A DNA stretch of 64,000 nucleotides from Basidiobolus meristosporus CBS 931.73 (lineage: Eukaryota > Fungi > Basidiobolomycota), in the NCBI GenBank assembly GCA_002104905.1, contig MCFE01000042.1:62001-126000 (forward strand), in the 5' to 3' direction. The notes beneath the pieces are model-generated. The model saw nothing but the letters and a program-made list of their open reading frames with translations, was not told the DNA's origin and did not search any database. The translations under genes were made by a program, and so were the position numbers. Within the stretch, counting starts at the first letter, position 1. Each line of letters opens with the position of its first letter. Below are positions 27,201 to 39,566 of this stretch, one piece after another.

Positions 27201-28936
27201 AGTATTTTAGGCCCAAAACAAGCTGATTTTTCACCAATTGGCTCATTTTCTGTTCCCCTATGTGTCCTAGCCTCCTATGCCACGTCTCCCAGTTGGTTTC
27301 ATCAGTTTCAGCAATGTTGACATACTCAGGTACAAGGATCTTGCATTGTAACTTGTATATATTGTGATCTCTGATTCCCAAAGCCAATTTTTGTCCATTT
27401 TCACTCAATATTGAGCAGCTCAGCTTAGTAAAAACAAATTTCAGTCCCTGAGTAGTTGCTTTACTGACTGAGAGTAGGTTCTTAGCTATTCCAGGTACAT
27501 AGAGTACGTCAGTCAGTTTTGCTGTTGTTGCCCCTGAGTTATCACTCATATTTAGTTGTATAGACCCACTAGCGGTAGCTTCCAATGCAGAGTTATCTCC
27601 CAGATAAACCTTTCTTATGGGAATAGTCTTTAAGTTGCTGAACCAATCCTTTATACCACAAATATGCTGTGATGCTCCAGAGTCAATATACCATTCATTA
27701 CTTTGGTTACTTGCACTCTCTTGTACAGTGACAAATAACTGTTCATCAGTAGTTATATGGTTTGCCTGCTCCAGTTTCTGTTTTTTGTCTGCTTGTTTCT
27801 TCTTGCATTCTCTTGCCCAGTGTCCTGGCTTCTTAGAGTGGTTACAGCAGCCAGGTTTTCTTCGGTTTTGTTGCTTTCCCTTCTTTTCTGTATGCCTTTC
27901 TGAACTGAATAAAGCATTATCTTCAATTTTCTCTGCTTGATCATTATGTCTGAGTTCTTCATGGAGAAGTCTTCCTTTGACATAGTCTAAAGTCAAGTTG
28001 TCTTCTCTGCTTTCAAAAGAAAGTATGAGTGGCTCATACTCGTCTGGTAGGCTGCAAAGCAGACAGAGTATCTTTTCTTCATCATCTACACCAGCATTAA
28101 TACTGTAAAGTTCTTCTGCAAGTGTCTCCATTCTGGTAATGAGTTGTAGCATGTCATCATCTGGCTTTTTTCTCATGTTGAAGAACTTTTGTTTCAAATA
28201 AAGCTTGCTTGATACTGACTTTGCTCTAAAGATCTTCTCTAAGGATTCCCATGCTGCTTTGGCAGTATTTGAGGCATGGATTTGTCCAATGAAGGAGTCT
28301 TGCACATTGATGCATATTGCATTGAAGGCCTTTCTCTCCTTCTCTTGAAACTTCTCCACATCTTCTGCTGTTCCTTTGGGCTCAACTTCCTTTCCTGTTA
28401 CTATGTTCCAAAGCTTTCTTTCCTCAAGGTGGATCTGCATCTTGATTCTCCAAAGTCTGTAGTTCTTCCCATCAAACCTCTCCTTTACAGGGAAGATGTT
28501 GGTATTGCTTTGTTTGCTGGTAGAAGTCATCTTTTAGAATAGATTAAGGCAATCAGGGCTCATAACCTGTTGCAATTTAAGAAGTGATTTGGATATAAGG
28601 AACTTATCAAGAAATAGTGATAATAGTTGAACTGTTGTTTATTCATAAAGAAGCTCAGTATTTATACCTTTGTAGAAGTAATACAGCTGCAACACTAAGT
28701 AGGGAGGGTTTCTCAATATTCAGGAGCATTCTGTAACAGTTTCAGGGTTAGTACATAATGTTTGGTAATAGCGCTAATTTGATCCTGACTATAGGGGAAT
28801 AATAATAAGATCATATATCTAAAGAAAGTGGCAAAGTTAAGGCAGTAAATGAGTCCTACAGTGACTAAGACTAGCCTAGAATTGCTAAGTAAATTTTTAG
28901 CTGCTGAATGATACCAAATAGTCCAATATTTCAACA
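24280..28936 (-). mobile_element. Near-intact Ty1/copia family B, 4657 bp; LTRs 28568-28936 (5') and 24280-24648 (3'), each 369 bp
   Basis: TG..CA LTRs with ~8 differences; 5-bp TSD TAGGG (24275-24279, 28937-28941); PBS GGTTATGAGCCC at 28567-28556; PPT AGTTGAGGGGGAG. Confidence 0.96.
24670..28530 (-). pseudogene. Copia-B gag-pol polyprotein with two in-frame nonsense codons (26899-26901 TGA; 24943-24945 TAG)
   Basis: gag, PR (WYIDSGASQH), IN (VHSDICGP...KVL*SDNGGEY...QQNGVAER), RT (LVLYVDDLII), RNase H (YSDSDWG, ATKEAI*L). Confidence 0.93.
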
Positions 28937-29270
28937 TAGGGAGGCTAGCTAGAATTGTATTCACTAAAACTTGAACTGATCTTTATTGAGGTTCCAGCAG
29001 CTTCTTATATACATTTTGCCAGATGAATTGCTGACTAATTGTAATTCCTAATGTAGGCTATGGCTGATGACTCATTTGATTTCATCATCATCACCCAATA
29101 AGACTCTACTTATTGTATCTATTTCCGTCTGATAAGGACCTGCTGATTCATTTGCTGACTAATGCTACTGATTTGATAGATCAAACAGATATACTGATAA
29201 GCTAAACATATAACTAGTTGATTTGACTAAAACTGATCTAACTTAAACACTCAAGTGGCAGATCATAACA

Positions 29271-30880
29271 CTTCACTTGGTCTGTATTCATAACATGCTT
29301 CAAGTGGATCAGAATCACAAAGTACTCTGTTATAACCCCTACTTTTAAAATATACATATGCGGCATATGATAATTATTGATCATGGATCATAGATTTTGC
29401 CACATCAATTACTGATTGCATGCACATTCTGCTACTACAGTTTGCAATTGGGAGTATTGCATAGTAGTCTCTTGCTTTATCTCACAAATTTGCAGAAGAG
29501 GTAGAAGAGTTTTGAGCTATATTCTCCACCATTGTTGGAGCATATTTTCTTGATTTTTTTACCAATTTCTCTCTCCACCATGGCTTTAAGCTCCCTGAGC
29601 ATAGACAGAGCATCCTCCATTCTTTCCATGAAGTAGACACATATGTATCTTGTATGATGATCAATACAAGTGCTCAAATACTTCATCCCACCCAAGGATA
29701 AATTTTGCATAGGTCTACACAGATCCAAGTGAATCAAACTCTATTTCTTCTTAGTCTTTATTAGCAGAGAGATCTTAAACATTCCCCTGGCTTGTTTACC
29801 ATATATGAAGGCTTCACTGTACTACAAACTAGCTGGGGGATCAATTATTACTCTGAAAATTAGTAAATATTTGGTAGTTTTGCTTTAATAATCAAAACTG
29901 ATGTGTTCAAATCTCCTGTGTTAAAGCATTGGTGAATCTTCAGTCAGGTTACTTATATTGGCTTCCATATATAATGGATTAGAAGTCAGTAGTCCAAATT
30001 CTGATCTCCAATATCCAAAGCAGTATGGGCACCATTTGATCAGTAATCCTGCATCCAGAGCTGGCTAAGCTAAAACCAAGTCATTCTGTTACTGCCTTGC
30101 TTACAGATAGTAGAAACTTGGCTATTTCTGGTACAAAGCGTACTTCTTTGATGGTCAGCGTATGACTTTCTTCACTGCGCCTAAGGTTTACATGGATAGA
30201 TCCTTCTCCCACTGTATCAAATGTTCTATCATTACCCATGAAAACCTACTTGGAATTTCTTTATGTTTGTAAAGAGTTGCTTATCATCATATTTAGTGCA
30301 GATTTAGGTAGGGTCTGATGATTGTCTTTCCTTTTGCCGCAGTTACAAGACAGATTGCTATTTTCTTTAAAGGGTCATAGGCATATCCTTGCTTAGTTAT
30401 TGCTGACTATTAAAGCATTTTCTCCTTCCTTCTTGTTGAGCTTGATTTTCTTGATTTTTCTTCCATGAGCCTTCCATATATACAATATGAGGTCAAACTT
30501 CCAGTTCTGGAATCTAAGGCTGACATGGCCATGAAACCTATGTGTCAGGCTATTCAGGATGGTAACTATCATGTACAAATCAGAGGTAGGTATGTTGACA
30601 GATTCCATCTCTTCCACTAGCAGAGTAATTTGGTTAATTAGATTTTTCATTTCTTCTCCTGGCAGTGACTTTGTAGTAACATATTTTTGTGTAAGATACA
30701 TTTTCATAGCAGCTGAACACAACTGAGAGGTGCCTCCTAATGCCCTACAAGCATTCTTAGCCACTTTTGCTCTTGGGCATTGAATTAGCCATTGTTCTTT
30801 TATATTTAAACAGATGCTATTGATGGCACTCCATTCTTTCTTATGGTACTTAAAGGATTCCACTCCCATATTTTTAGAAG
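29271..30880 (-). mobile_element. Old copia family-A element, gag/PR/integrase segment (decayed)
   Basis: IHLDLCRPMQNLSLGGMKYL...CSNNGGEYSSK; gag remnant LPGEEMKNLINQITLLVEEMESV paralogous to 14.5 kb. Confidence 0.85.
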
Positions 30881-30889
30881 GGTATTATA

Positions 30890-33176
30890 TTGAATGAGGT
30901 AGAAATTGGCTTGGGACTGGGTGAAGCCCAGCATACCTTGGTAAAGTTGTCTCAAAACAACTAGTTGCTTGTTGCATCCAACCCAACTCTGCATTTCTTA
31001 ACTGAATACCCACACATTGGGGCTGCTTAGTTTCTTAATGCCAATGACATAGGTGTTTCCATGCCCAAATCTGTCATTGGCATTTTCTAACTCTTCTAGC
31101 CTGTCCTCCATTTGCCAATTCATCACATCCATGAGAGACATAAAGGTAAGATTCTTAATGAGACTGGATATGACAGTACCTGAAAATTGACTTGTCTTCC
31201 TATCTCCCCACACATCCGCTCCATCAGAAACTCCCAAAAGGTGAAGCAAAGCCCAACATTTTCCACTCACCTAGCAAGATGGAGTAGAGAATGAATACAG
31301 TAGCAGCCAAGATCTACACATTCACCTTTATGCTTGCAGTATAGCTGCTCAAATCCTATCACAACCTCCCTTACATAAAAGCTGCTGAGGTGTCAAGTTG
31401 GCATAGGTAATTTGCTTCTGGGTAAATACTCCTACAATGTCAACATATGACTCCCAATGCTTCAAATGTATTCTTGATAGAAATGGCTTGAATGGGCCAC
31501 TAGCATAAATACATATCTAGTTGTTCCAGTCCTTACATTTGCATTCTTGCGTATGAATATGAATATTGATTGGAGCTGGTCTGAAGTACCTTTAGCTGCA
31601 GACACCCTGTAATATATAGCCAACTCTGTAATATCTGGCCAGTTGTTTCAAATTTCCCTGGTATCATAAGGGGCTCATTCAGCTAGAAATACCCCATGTA
31701 CAACTTGGTCATGAATATATGGATATTATTGGAGAGCAAATGCATTGCTCCCAGTGGACAGCTTTTGCTCTAAAAGATACCTCCTCTCTTAAGTAACTCC
31801 AGTTTCTATCTAATTCAATATTCTGGCCAATTGATTATAGGTTGCCAACCTTGCTGAAATTGCATGCTGACTTTGATATGTTCTCTCTGTGGGTAGATTA
31901 TGTTTTTAGTGTTGATGCTTGGTTATTAATATTATGTGAGAGTTATGGAGTAAATCCCTGGGATCCCAAACATTCAACAGCAATACACTACATTGTGCAC
32001 AGAAAAGCCAGCTATCTTTCTGATGGCAGGGGTATCTTCAATGCAGACAATACAATGCGCTTTGATCTAATGGCCATTTAGTGGTATCCCACTGGAAAGC
32101 ATACCAAATTCATCCAGCAATGAATACAGGTATCTGTACAGGTTGGATGGTAATCTAGGCTCAGATATTAGTGAGACCACCATAGATTTCTGCAAAATAC
32201 CATAGGATAGGCAGCAGACCAAGGTTAATGAAAATCAGTGGTAAGCAGGACTTGCCGTTAGAGTACTTGTTCAATGGGAACCGTTCAAGTGCTAAGGCAA
32301 AAACATAGTCAAACATGCCCTAAAAGTAGCCCTTGCTTCTGCGTTGTTTGTAATAATTGCAGTCTAATATATTGAAGATGTTTGTGCTTGATTGATACTG
32401 AGTGCAGTAATATATAGCTTTGCAATATTTATTAGCCAGCATGAACTTCTTTAAATAGGGTGTTACTGGAACATATCCAAAGTGTGATCAATGTTTTCCT
32501 CCTTTGGTGGTGGATTCATGACAAGTTGCACACCTTGCAATGATGATATTTTCTGATGTGAATATCATGAAGCTGTTAACACATGCCAGTATCAGTGCAG
32601 CCTCTAGATCATATGTTGCCAGCCTCATGACAGCTGTCCATTTGTACTATGCAGATGGTAAGTTGCATCCTGGAATAATTTTTACAAGGGGTAGGTGTAA
32701 ATCTCAGGCCCCCGTTACTGATATTTGTGGAAACACGCCACTTCACTAGCCACAACATCACATCAGTCACCAGCAAATGGTGTGCTGGGCTCACTTGGTG
32801 CCATAAAGTCTCCTTGGTGTTTTTTCTGCAGTCTTTGTCTCAATGCATATTGGGATTTGGCTGGGCTCATACAGCAATACTGTTGTTAGAGGAGATAGGC
32901 TCAGAATCCATTAGTAAGCCTTCTTCTTCAGAGCTATCACTCTGTGTGCCATATTCATAAGGCTGAGATGAGCCTAAAAGCTTTGTAAACTCACCTGACT
33001 CAGTTTGTGCAAGGTGAAAGCATGGGCAAATAACTTGTGTAGAGTAACCATTATCCCAGGTAGGGAATATATTATATTTGCTGCAATGAAGGAACTTGAG
33101 TAGCTCAGTGTCACAGCCAAGAGTTGAGCCATTTCCAGTATAACAGTAGAGGAAAACTGTATGGTTTTTGAAGCTC
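30890..33176 (-). mobile_element. Decayed CACTA-like transposon, copy 2 (inverted relative to copy 1); continues at 38115-38304 after the gypsy-1 insertion
   Basis: Reverse-complement similarity to 17.9-18.2 kb and 19.0-20.6 kb; flanks of gypsy-1 rejoin to read VSQPRVEPF..MVFEA|HQQYPKMK..PIAAWEG, homologous to ORF 16621-17046. Confidence 0.8.
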
Positions 33177-36100
33177 TGTTATGATCTGCCGCTTGAATGT
33201 TTAAGTTAGATCAGTTTTTAGTCAAATCAATTAGTATATGTTTAGGTTATCAGTATATCAGTATTATCTATGAAATCAGTAGCATTAGTCAGCAAATGAA
33301 TCAGCAGATCCTTATCAGACAGAAAAAGATATATTAAGTAGGATCTTATTGGGTGATGATGATGCAATCAAATGAGTCATCAGCCACAACCTACATTAGG
33401 AAATACAATTAGTCAGCAATTGATCTGGCAAAATGTATATAAGGAGCTGCTGGAACCTCAATAAAAATCAGTTCAAGTTTTAGTGAATACAATACTAGCT
33501 AAACTCCCTATTCCTCTACAACTCTTATACCAAGACTTGTAACATTGGTAGCAGCGATAACCAGAAACCTCCCTCCTGAAGAAAGAAGAAAACACCCTCA
33601 AGATGTCGGACAATCAAGAATGGAAGAATGCCATGCAGCAAATCCTGGCCCAACAGCAACAGCTACTCCAGATCCTCAGCCAACAGCAACAAGGAATGAC
33701 TACCATGGCTCAGAGCCAGCAAAGCCCTATCAAGAGCAACTTTAGTGTGAAGGTCAACCGGTACCATGGCAGAGTCAATGAAAACCTGGGAACTTGGCTC
33801 TTTCAGATTGAAGAAGCTTTTAAAGCTAAAGGAATTGCTCCAGAGAGCAAGTTGCATTATGCAGCTTCTTACCTGGCAGATGCAGCTTTACAGTGGTACC
33901 ACAACAAGATCAGGTCAGCTACTATGATGGGATGCTCTACAATCTCTACCTGGGATGAGTTTGTGTCGGAAATTCAGGATGCTTTTGAACCTCCACACCA
34001 GCAGACACTACTAAGAAGGAAGTTAAAGACACTCAGACAGAAAGGAATGGTGCAAGAATACATCTATGAGTACAGATGTCTACTTGGACAAATTGAAAGA
34101 ATGGACCCCTTGGATCAAGTTGAATACTTTATTGATGGGTTGAAAGAAAGAACTCGCAAGGAAGTCAATTACCGAAGACCTCAGACTATTGAAGAAGCCA
34201 TCAAGATTGCCATTGACTATGACTCAGCTATGTTTGGAGTTGGGAAGCCTACAGTGACTAGTCAGAAAGGCTATAATCATTATGAAAGAAGACAATCAGA
34301 AGCAGTACCAATGGAAATAGACGCTATGCAGAAGAATCCCTCCTCAGAAGAATGCAAGAAGAGAGGACTTTGCTTTAATTGCCACCAGCAGGGACATATT
34401 GCAAAATACTGCCCTCAGAGAAGAAATGGACACCAGCCAACAAGAACCTTCAACCATATTGAATCCCATGAACACAATAATGAGGAAGATGAGCTTGAAG
34501 AAGACTCGGAACTCACCTTCCATATGACAGAAGAGTACTTGTCCCAAATGACTTCAAACTCAGGGAAGTTATTGTACCTGAATGGAGCAATCAATGGAGT
34601 ACCTGCCAAGATCATGATTGACTCAGGAGCATCGCATGAGTACATGTCAGAGCAATTTGCTTTGAAAGCTGGAATCAACTCGGAACCTACCAAATCAACT
34701 TCAGTCTCCACAGCAGATGGGAACTCCCACATAATCAACCGTATTACCCAGCCAGTAAGAATGAAGATCAATGACTATGAAGAAGACCTACAGGCTTATA
34801 TATTTGGGAACTGCAAGTTTGACCTTGTACTTGGGAAAACCTGGCTATTTTGTCGTAATCCATCAATCAACTGGAGAACCCATGCTACTCAGATCCAAAA
34901 AGACAACAAGACCTATGAGCTATTACCTGCCAGGCTGGATTTCAACTTGGTCAATTCCAGTGTGTGTGAGACAAGTGAACTTAGCAAGACCCAGTTCTGT
35001 AGAGCACTTAGAAAAGGTACCCAGATGTTCCTCATGGCGGTATTACAGGAGGATTCCTCTATCCCAGCACCCCAGCAGGTCCAGACTCTCTTGAAGAAAT
35101 ATTCAGACGTGTTTCCAGATGAGCTTGTAAGCCTACCACCAGTCAGAGACGTGGATCATGCCATTGACACAGGAGATAGCCCTCCAGTGAGCAAGACACC
35201 TTACAGAATGAGTCCATTGGAATTGGAGGAAATGAAGAAACAAATTGATCAGCTATTGGAGCAAGGATACATCAGGCCCAGCAAGTCACCTTGGGGAGCA
35301 CCAGTGCTTTTTGTGAAAAAGAAGGATGGAACACTTAGGATGTGCATTGACTACAGAGCCCTGAACTCAGTTACCGTCAAGAATAAGTACCCCATACCTC
35401 GGATTGATGAGCTTTTGGACCAACTTAATGGAGCCACTATTTTCAGCAAGATCGACCTCATGTCAGGATACAACCAGATTAGGGTGAAACCAGAAGATAT
35501 CCCTAAGACAGCATTCAGGACCAGATATGGACATTACGAGTACTTAGTCATGAGTTTTGGCCTCACTAATGCCCCTGCAACATTCATGACGCTGATGCAG
35601 ACTGTCTTTCAGGAGTACTTAGACAAGTTTGTGATAATCTACCTGGATGACATATTGATATACAGCAAGACAGAAAAGGATCACATGGTGCACATTGAAA
35701 AGGTCTTGAAGAAACTAAGAGAGAACAAGCTATACGGCAAGCTAGCCAAGTGTGAATTCTTCAAGGAACACGTAGAATATCTGGGACACATAGTGACTAG
35801 CACAGGAGTAACCTTAGACCCCAAGAAGGTGGAAGTAATCAAGAATTTGAAGCAGCCCCATAGCATATCAGAACTCAGATCCTTCCTTGGAATGGTTTCC
35901 TATTATCGGAGATTTGTCAAGTCATTTGCAAGTATTGCAGCCCCTTTAACTGATATCCTCAAGAAAGAGAATACCTACAAGTGGGACATAGCTTGTGAGA
36001 CTGCCTTCCAGACGCTAAAGAATGAACTTGCTAAGTTACCAAGCTTAAGAATACCAGACTTCAGAAAAGAGTTCACTCTATGCACAGATGCTTCAGATTA

Positions 36101-38114
36101 TGCAATTGGTGGAGTGCTGAGCCAAGAACACGAGGGAAAGGACTACCCTGTTGCCTTTGAATCCAAGAAACTGAACTCAGCAGAACAAAACTATCCAGTC
36201 CATGAGAAGGAGATGCTTGCTATAATACACTGTTTGAAGACATGGAGATGCTATATTGAAGGAGTCAAATGCACTGTGAAGACTGATCATGCCTCCCTCA
36301 AGTATATATTTACTCAGAAGGTACTCTCTAGAAGAATGACAAGATGGAGTGAATACATTCAGCAATTTGACCTGGAGATTGTCTACTGCCCTGGAAAAAA
36401 CAACACGGTTGCTGATGCCTTATCAAGATTAGATCAAGTTGCACAACTCAACTTGGTGCATGAATCAGATTGGCCTAGCCTATTACCAAAGTACTTGGAG
36501 GACCAAGCCATTCCTAATGAGGTGGATGAAGATATCAAGAAGATAATCCGGGATGAAGCCAGCAAATTTGTTGTACAGGATGAAACACTCTACCGAATTG
36601 TTGATGGAAGCCCTATTGCCTATTGTCCTTATGTTGCTCGCCTGGATTTAATACATAAGCTACACAATGGATATGGACATCTTGGGATTGAAGGAACCTA
36701 TAGCCTTGTAAAAGCCAGAGCATGGTGGCCCAGAATGAAACAAGACATTGAGAAGCTAGTAAAAACATGCCCAAACTGCCAAATCAATCAAGGCCAGCCA
36801 CAAAGAATTGCCGAACTCTTCCCTTTGGAGCCTGTAAGACCATTTGAGAGATGGGGAATTGACTTTATTGGAAGACTGCCAACTACCAGGAAATGTAACC
36901 GTTGGATCCTAGTAGCTATTGACCATGCCACTAAATGGCCAGTTGCTAAAGCCGTACCAATAGCCAGTGAACAAGAAGTTGCAAGTTTCATTTACCATGA
37001 GATCCTGATGAAGTTTGGATGCCCTGTGGAGATCTTATCCGATAGAGGTGCAAACTTTATGGCAAAGACATTAGAGGCTTACCTGGAAATGCAGCAGATC
37101 AGACACTTGAAAACCTCGGCATATCACCCCAGAACTAATGGAGTCACTGAGCGGTTTAATGGATTATTTGGAAAAATGCTGACTAAGTATGCAAATGGAG
37201 TTGTCAGTAGATGGGATGAGTATATAGACCAAGCACTCTTTGCATGCAGAGTCAGAGTACACAACACCACCCAGCAATCACCATTTTACTTAGTTTATGG
37301 ATGTGAACCTAGGATTCCAGGAGATCTCACACAACCCAAGCTTACAGATGCCTTAGAAGATGAACTTAGTCAGCCAAGTAGACACCAGCAACTGGAACAA
37401 AGACGTCAAGAGGCACAGACCAAAGTATCTCAAAGTGCAGAAAAGATGAAGCAGAGATTTGATAAGACTATAGCACCAGAAGCATTGACAGTTGGGAACT
37501 TTGTATTGCTAAGAAACAACACTCGGAAGAAGTTTGAGCCACAATGGACAGGACCATTCAAGATCATCAGAGAATGTCCATTTGCAACTTACCAACTGGT
37601 GGACAAGCAAGGTAATATCCGGGAAGACTTAGTGCATAGGGACAGACTCAAGCTTGCAAGACTTGCTGATAATACTGAACCATCAAGATATTGGTATCAC
37701 AAGAAAAGAGATTCAGGAGAACTCTCTCAACTTTAGTAGGGGAGAATGTTATGATCTGCCGCTTGAATGTTTAAGTTAGATCAGTTTTTAGTCAAATCAA
37801 TTAGTATATGTTTAGGTTATCAGTATATCAGTATTATCTATGAAATCAGTAGCATTAGTCAGCAAATGAATCAGCAGATCCTTATCAGACAGAAAAAGAT
37901 ATATTAAGTAGGATCTTATTGGGTGATGATGATGCAATCAAATGAGTCATCAGCCACAACCTACATTAGGAAATACAATTAGTCAGCAATTGATCTGGCA
38001 AAATGTATATAAGGAGCTGCTGGAACCTCAATAAAAATCAGTTCAAGTTTTAGTGAATACAATACTAGCTAAACTCCCTATTCCTCTACAACTCTTATAC
38101 CAAGACTTGTAACA
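33177..38114 (+). mobile_element. Intact Ty3/gypsy LTR retrotransposon (gypsy-1), 4938 bp; LTRs 33177-33544 and 37747-38114 (368 bp)
   Basis: No LTR differences found by eye; 4-bp TSD GCTC; PBS TGGTAGCAGCG (33546-33556, initiator-Met-tRNA-like); PPT AGTAGGGGAGAA. Confidence 0.97.
33603..37736 (+). CDS. Single-ORF Gag-Pol polyprotein (1377 aa): gag+CCHC, protease, RT, RNase H, integrase with GPF motif, no chromodomain seen
   Basis: [14 protein letters not shown]; MIDSGAS; IYLDDILI; TDASDYAIG; HNGYGH..CPNC; WGIDFIG..SDRG..TER; WTGPFKI. Confidence 0.96.
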   Translation: MSDNQEWKNAMQQILAQQQQLLQILSQQQQGMTTMAQSQQSPIKSNFSVKVNRYHGRVNENLGTWLFQIEEAFKAKGIAPESKLHYAASYLADAALQWYHNKIRSATMMGCSTISTWDEFVSEIQDAFEPPHQQTLLRRKLKTLRQKGMVQEYIYEYRCLLGQIERMDPLDQVEYFIDGLKERTRKEVNYRRPQTIEEAIKIAIDYDSAMFGVGKPTVTSQKGYNHYERRQSEAVPMEIDAMQKNPSSEECKKRGLCFNCHQQGHIAKYCPQRRNGHQPTRTFNHIESHEHNNEEDELEEDSELTFHMTEEYLSQMTSNSGKLLYLNGAINGVPAKIMIDSGASHEYMSEQFALKAGINSEPTKSTSVSTADGNSHIINRITQPVRMKINDYEEDLQAYIFGNCKFDLVLGKTWLFCRNPSINWRTHATQIQKDNKTYELLPARLDFNLVNSSVCETSELSKTQFCRALRKGTQMFLMAVLQEDSSIPAPQQVQTLLKKYSDVFPDELVSLPPVRDVDHAIDTGDSPPVSKTPYRMSPLELEEMKKQIDQLLEQGYIRPSKSPWGAPVLFVKKKDGTLRMCIDYRALNSVTVKNKYPIPRIDELLDQLNGATIFSKIDLMSGYNQIRVKPEDIPKTAFRTRYGHYEYLVMSFGLTNAPATFMTLMQTVFQEYLDKFVIIYLDDILIYSKTEKDHMVHIEKVLKKLRENKLYGKLAKCEFFKEHVEYLGHIVTSTGVTLDPKKVEVIKNLKQPHSISELRSFLGMVSYYRRFVKSFASIAAPLTDILKKENTYKWDIACETAFQTLKNELAKLPSLRIPDFRKEFTLCTDASDYAIGGVLSQEHEGKDYPVAFESKKLNSAEQNYPVHEKEMLAIIHCLKTWRCYIEGVKCTVKTDHASLKYIFTQKVLSRRMTRWSEYIQQFDLEIVYCPGKNNTVADALSRLDQVAQLNLVHESDWPSLLPKYLEDQAIPNEVDEDIKKIIRDEASKFVVQDETLYRIVDGSPIAYCPYVARLDLIHKLHNGYGHLGIEGTYSLVKARAWWPRMKQDIEKLVKTCPNCQINQGQPQRIAELFPLEPVRPFERWGIDFIGRLPTTRKCNRWILVAIDHATKWPVAKAVPIASEQEVASFIYHEILMKFGCPVEILSDRGANFMAKTLEAYLEMQQIRHLKTSAYHPRTNGVTERFNGLFGKMLTKYANGVVSRWDEYIDQALFACRVRVHNTTQQSPFYLVYGCEPRIPGDLTQPKLTDALEDELSQPSRHQQLEQRRQEAQTKVSQSAEKMKQRFDKTIAPEALTVGNFVLLRNNTRKKFEPQWTGPFKIIRECPFATYQLVDKQGNIREDLVHRDRLKLARLADNTEPSRYWYHKKRDSGELSQL

Positions 38115-38370
38115 GCTCATCAACAGTACCCAAAAATGAAGCTCAGAGTAAAACCTATTGCAGCCTGGGAGGGAACAACTGTGGTGATTATATCCAATCC
38201 TGGAAATCAAAAGACATTGACAATTTGTGAAGCCATTGAGTGAAGCAATGAAGAGCTGTGTAATCACCAAGTGACCTTCAGAAGTCTAGCATGGCATCAG
38301 CTTAAGCACAGTACAACTTGCAGCACTGGCATTAGCTAATTCTAGCTGTGGGCACTTTATGGTACCCAAC

Positions 38371-38802
38371 TCAGCAGCAGTCATCATAGCAATCATCCCA
38401 GCATGGGTCACAGCAATCATCATAGCAAGGATCATAGCAGGGATCACAGCATGGATCACAGCAGGGATCACAGCATGGGTCACAGCAAGGATCACAGCAA
38501 GGATCACAGCAAGGGTCACAGCAAGGATCACAGCATGGGTCACAGCATGGGTCACAGCAGGGATCACAGCAGTCATCATAGCAGGGATCATAGCAAGGAT
38601 CACAGCAGGGATCCCAGCAATCATCATAACAAGGATCATAGCAGGGGTCACAGCAATCATCATAGTCATAGTATGAGTAGCCTCTCTTCTGAACTTTGCT
38701 GGTACCTGCATCTGCCTGACCATGGGGAAGGGAGAGTGTGGTTCCAAGGAAAAGAACACCAACAACAGTGGCCAGTGAGAGATTGCTGAAAGAGAACTTC
38801 AT
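38371..38802 (-). CDS. Secreted Cys/Asp/Pro-rich repeat protein, copy 1 (143 aa from ATG at 38802)
   Basis: Hydrophobic signal peptide, KR at residues 39-40, then GYSYYDYDD + 23 C-[CYW]-D-[PD] units + CC; intronless. Confidence 0.75.
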   Translation of the reverse strand: MKFSFSNLSLATVVGVLFLGTTLSLPHGQADAGTSKVQKRGYSYYDYDDCCDPCYDPCYDDCWDPCCDPCYDPCYDDCCDPCCDPCCDPCCDPCCDPCCDPCCDPCCDPCCDPCCDPCCDPCYDPCYDDCCDPCWDDCYDDCC

Positions 38803-38977
38803 TTTAACTAAGAGAAAGAGATGAGTTTTTATAGGAATACCACTAATGAGTTGAGGCAAGATAGGATGATGCTATACCAGTGGTGACCATTTGGACTTAA
38901 ATACTTTTTCTCCTTGCCAGTCATCTCCACTAACAGAGCCTCAGATATGTTTCTATGGCACTGTGATCACTATAGAC

Positions 38978-39053
38978 CCATCAGTAAATCAGGCCCAGCT
39001 GCCATCAGTAAATCAGGCCCAGCTGCCATCAGTAAATCAGGCCCAGCTGCCAT
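38978..39053. repeat. Perfect 24-bp tandem triplication CCATCAGTAAATCAGGCCCAGCTG
   Basis: Three consecutive identical units plus CCAT. Confidence 0.95.
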
Positions 39054-39566
39054 GCTATCTCTATGATTGTTTTGTTAGCCCACCTAGGTATTATCAGATT
39101 TGCCATGAGATCTATCAGTAGTGATGTCTGGCAGTTGGGTTTAGAGCTGGGCCTTAGTGCTTCAGGTGCAGGGTTCCATTCCCACAAGCTCCATAATTCT
39201 GGCAGAAATGAAGGTCAAGTCAGTGATGTAAAAGTAGGCTGGTTTGCAAGAATATTTTAAACCACAGATTCATTTTTGTTGCCCAGACCCAAGTAAAAGC
39301 TAGTGTAGGCTGACTAACCCTAAACAGCAGCTTTCTTTTTTGTACTCCACTTGTTTATGCCCTGATGATGGGAGAGTGCTTGATAAATAAGAGCCACATG
39401 CTGATCCCTGAAATCACAATCTATCATATATACATATCAGCTAACAAGAGTGACTTTATTCAAAATTGCAGACATTGAGTAATTTAGGTGATGCAAAACC
39501 AGCACAGTACAACTTGCAGCACTGGCATTAGCTAATTCTAGCTGTGGGCACTTTATGGTACCCAAC

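Larger units (their letters stand above)
24241..29270 (-). mobile_element. Solo LTR of the gypsy-1 family (368 bp net: 24241-24279 + 28942-29270), split by copia-B insertion
   Basis: Reverse complement of the 33177/37747 LTR at roughly 90% identity; TG..CA ends; CTTC duplicated at 24237-24240 and 29271-29274. Confidence 0.92.

Noticed and set aside
38371-38680. CRISPR-like or satellite interpretation of the short repeats
   Set aside because: Contiguous 12-bp coding units with no unique spacers, in a eukaryotic context.
38403-38789. His-rich antisense ORF (MGHSNHHSKDHSRDH..) and Ile/Ala/Thr-rich frames over the Cys repeat (also 39599-39985)
   Set aside because: The 12-bp repeat lacks stops in most frames. 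Only the minus-strand Cys frame has a signal peptide, a KR site and promoter/polyA cues.
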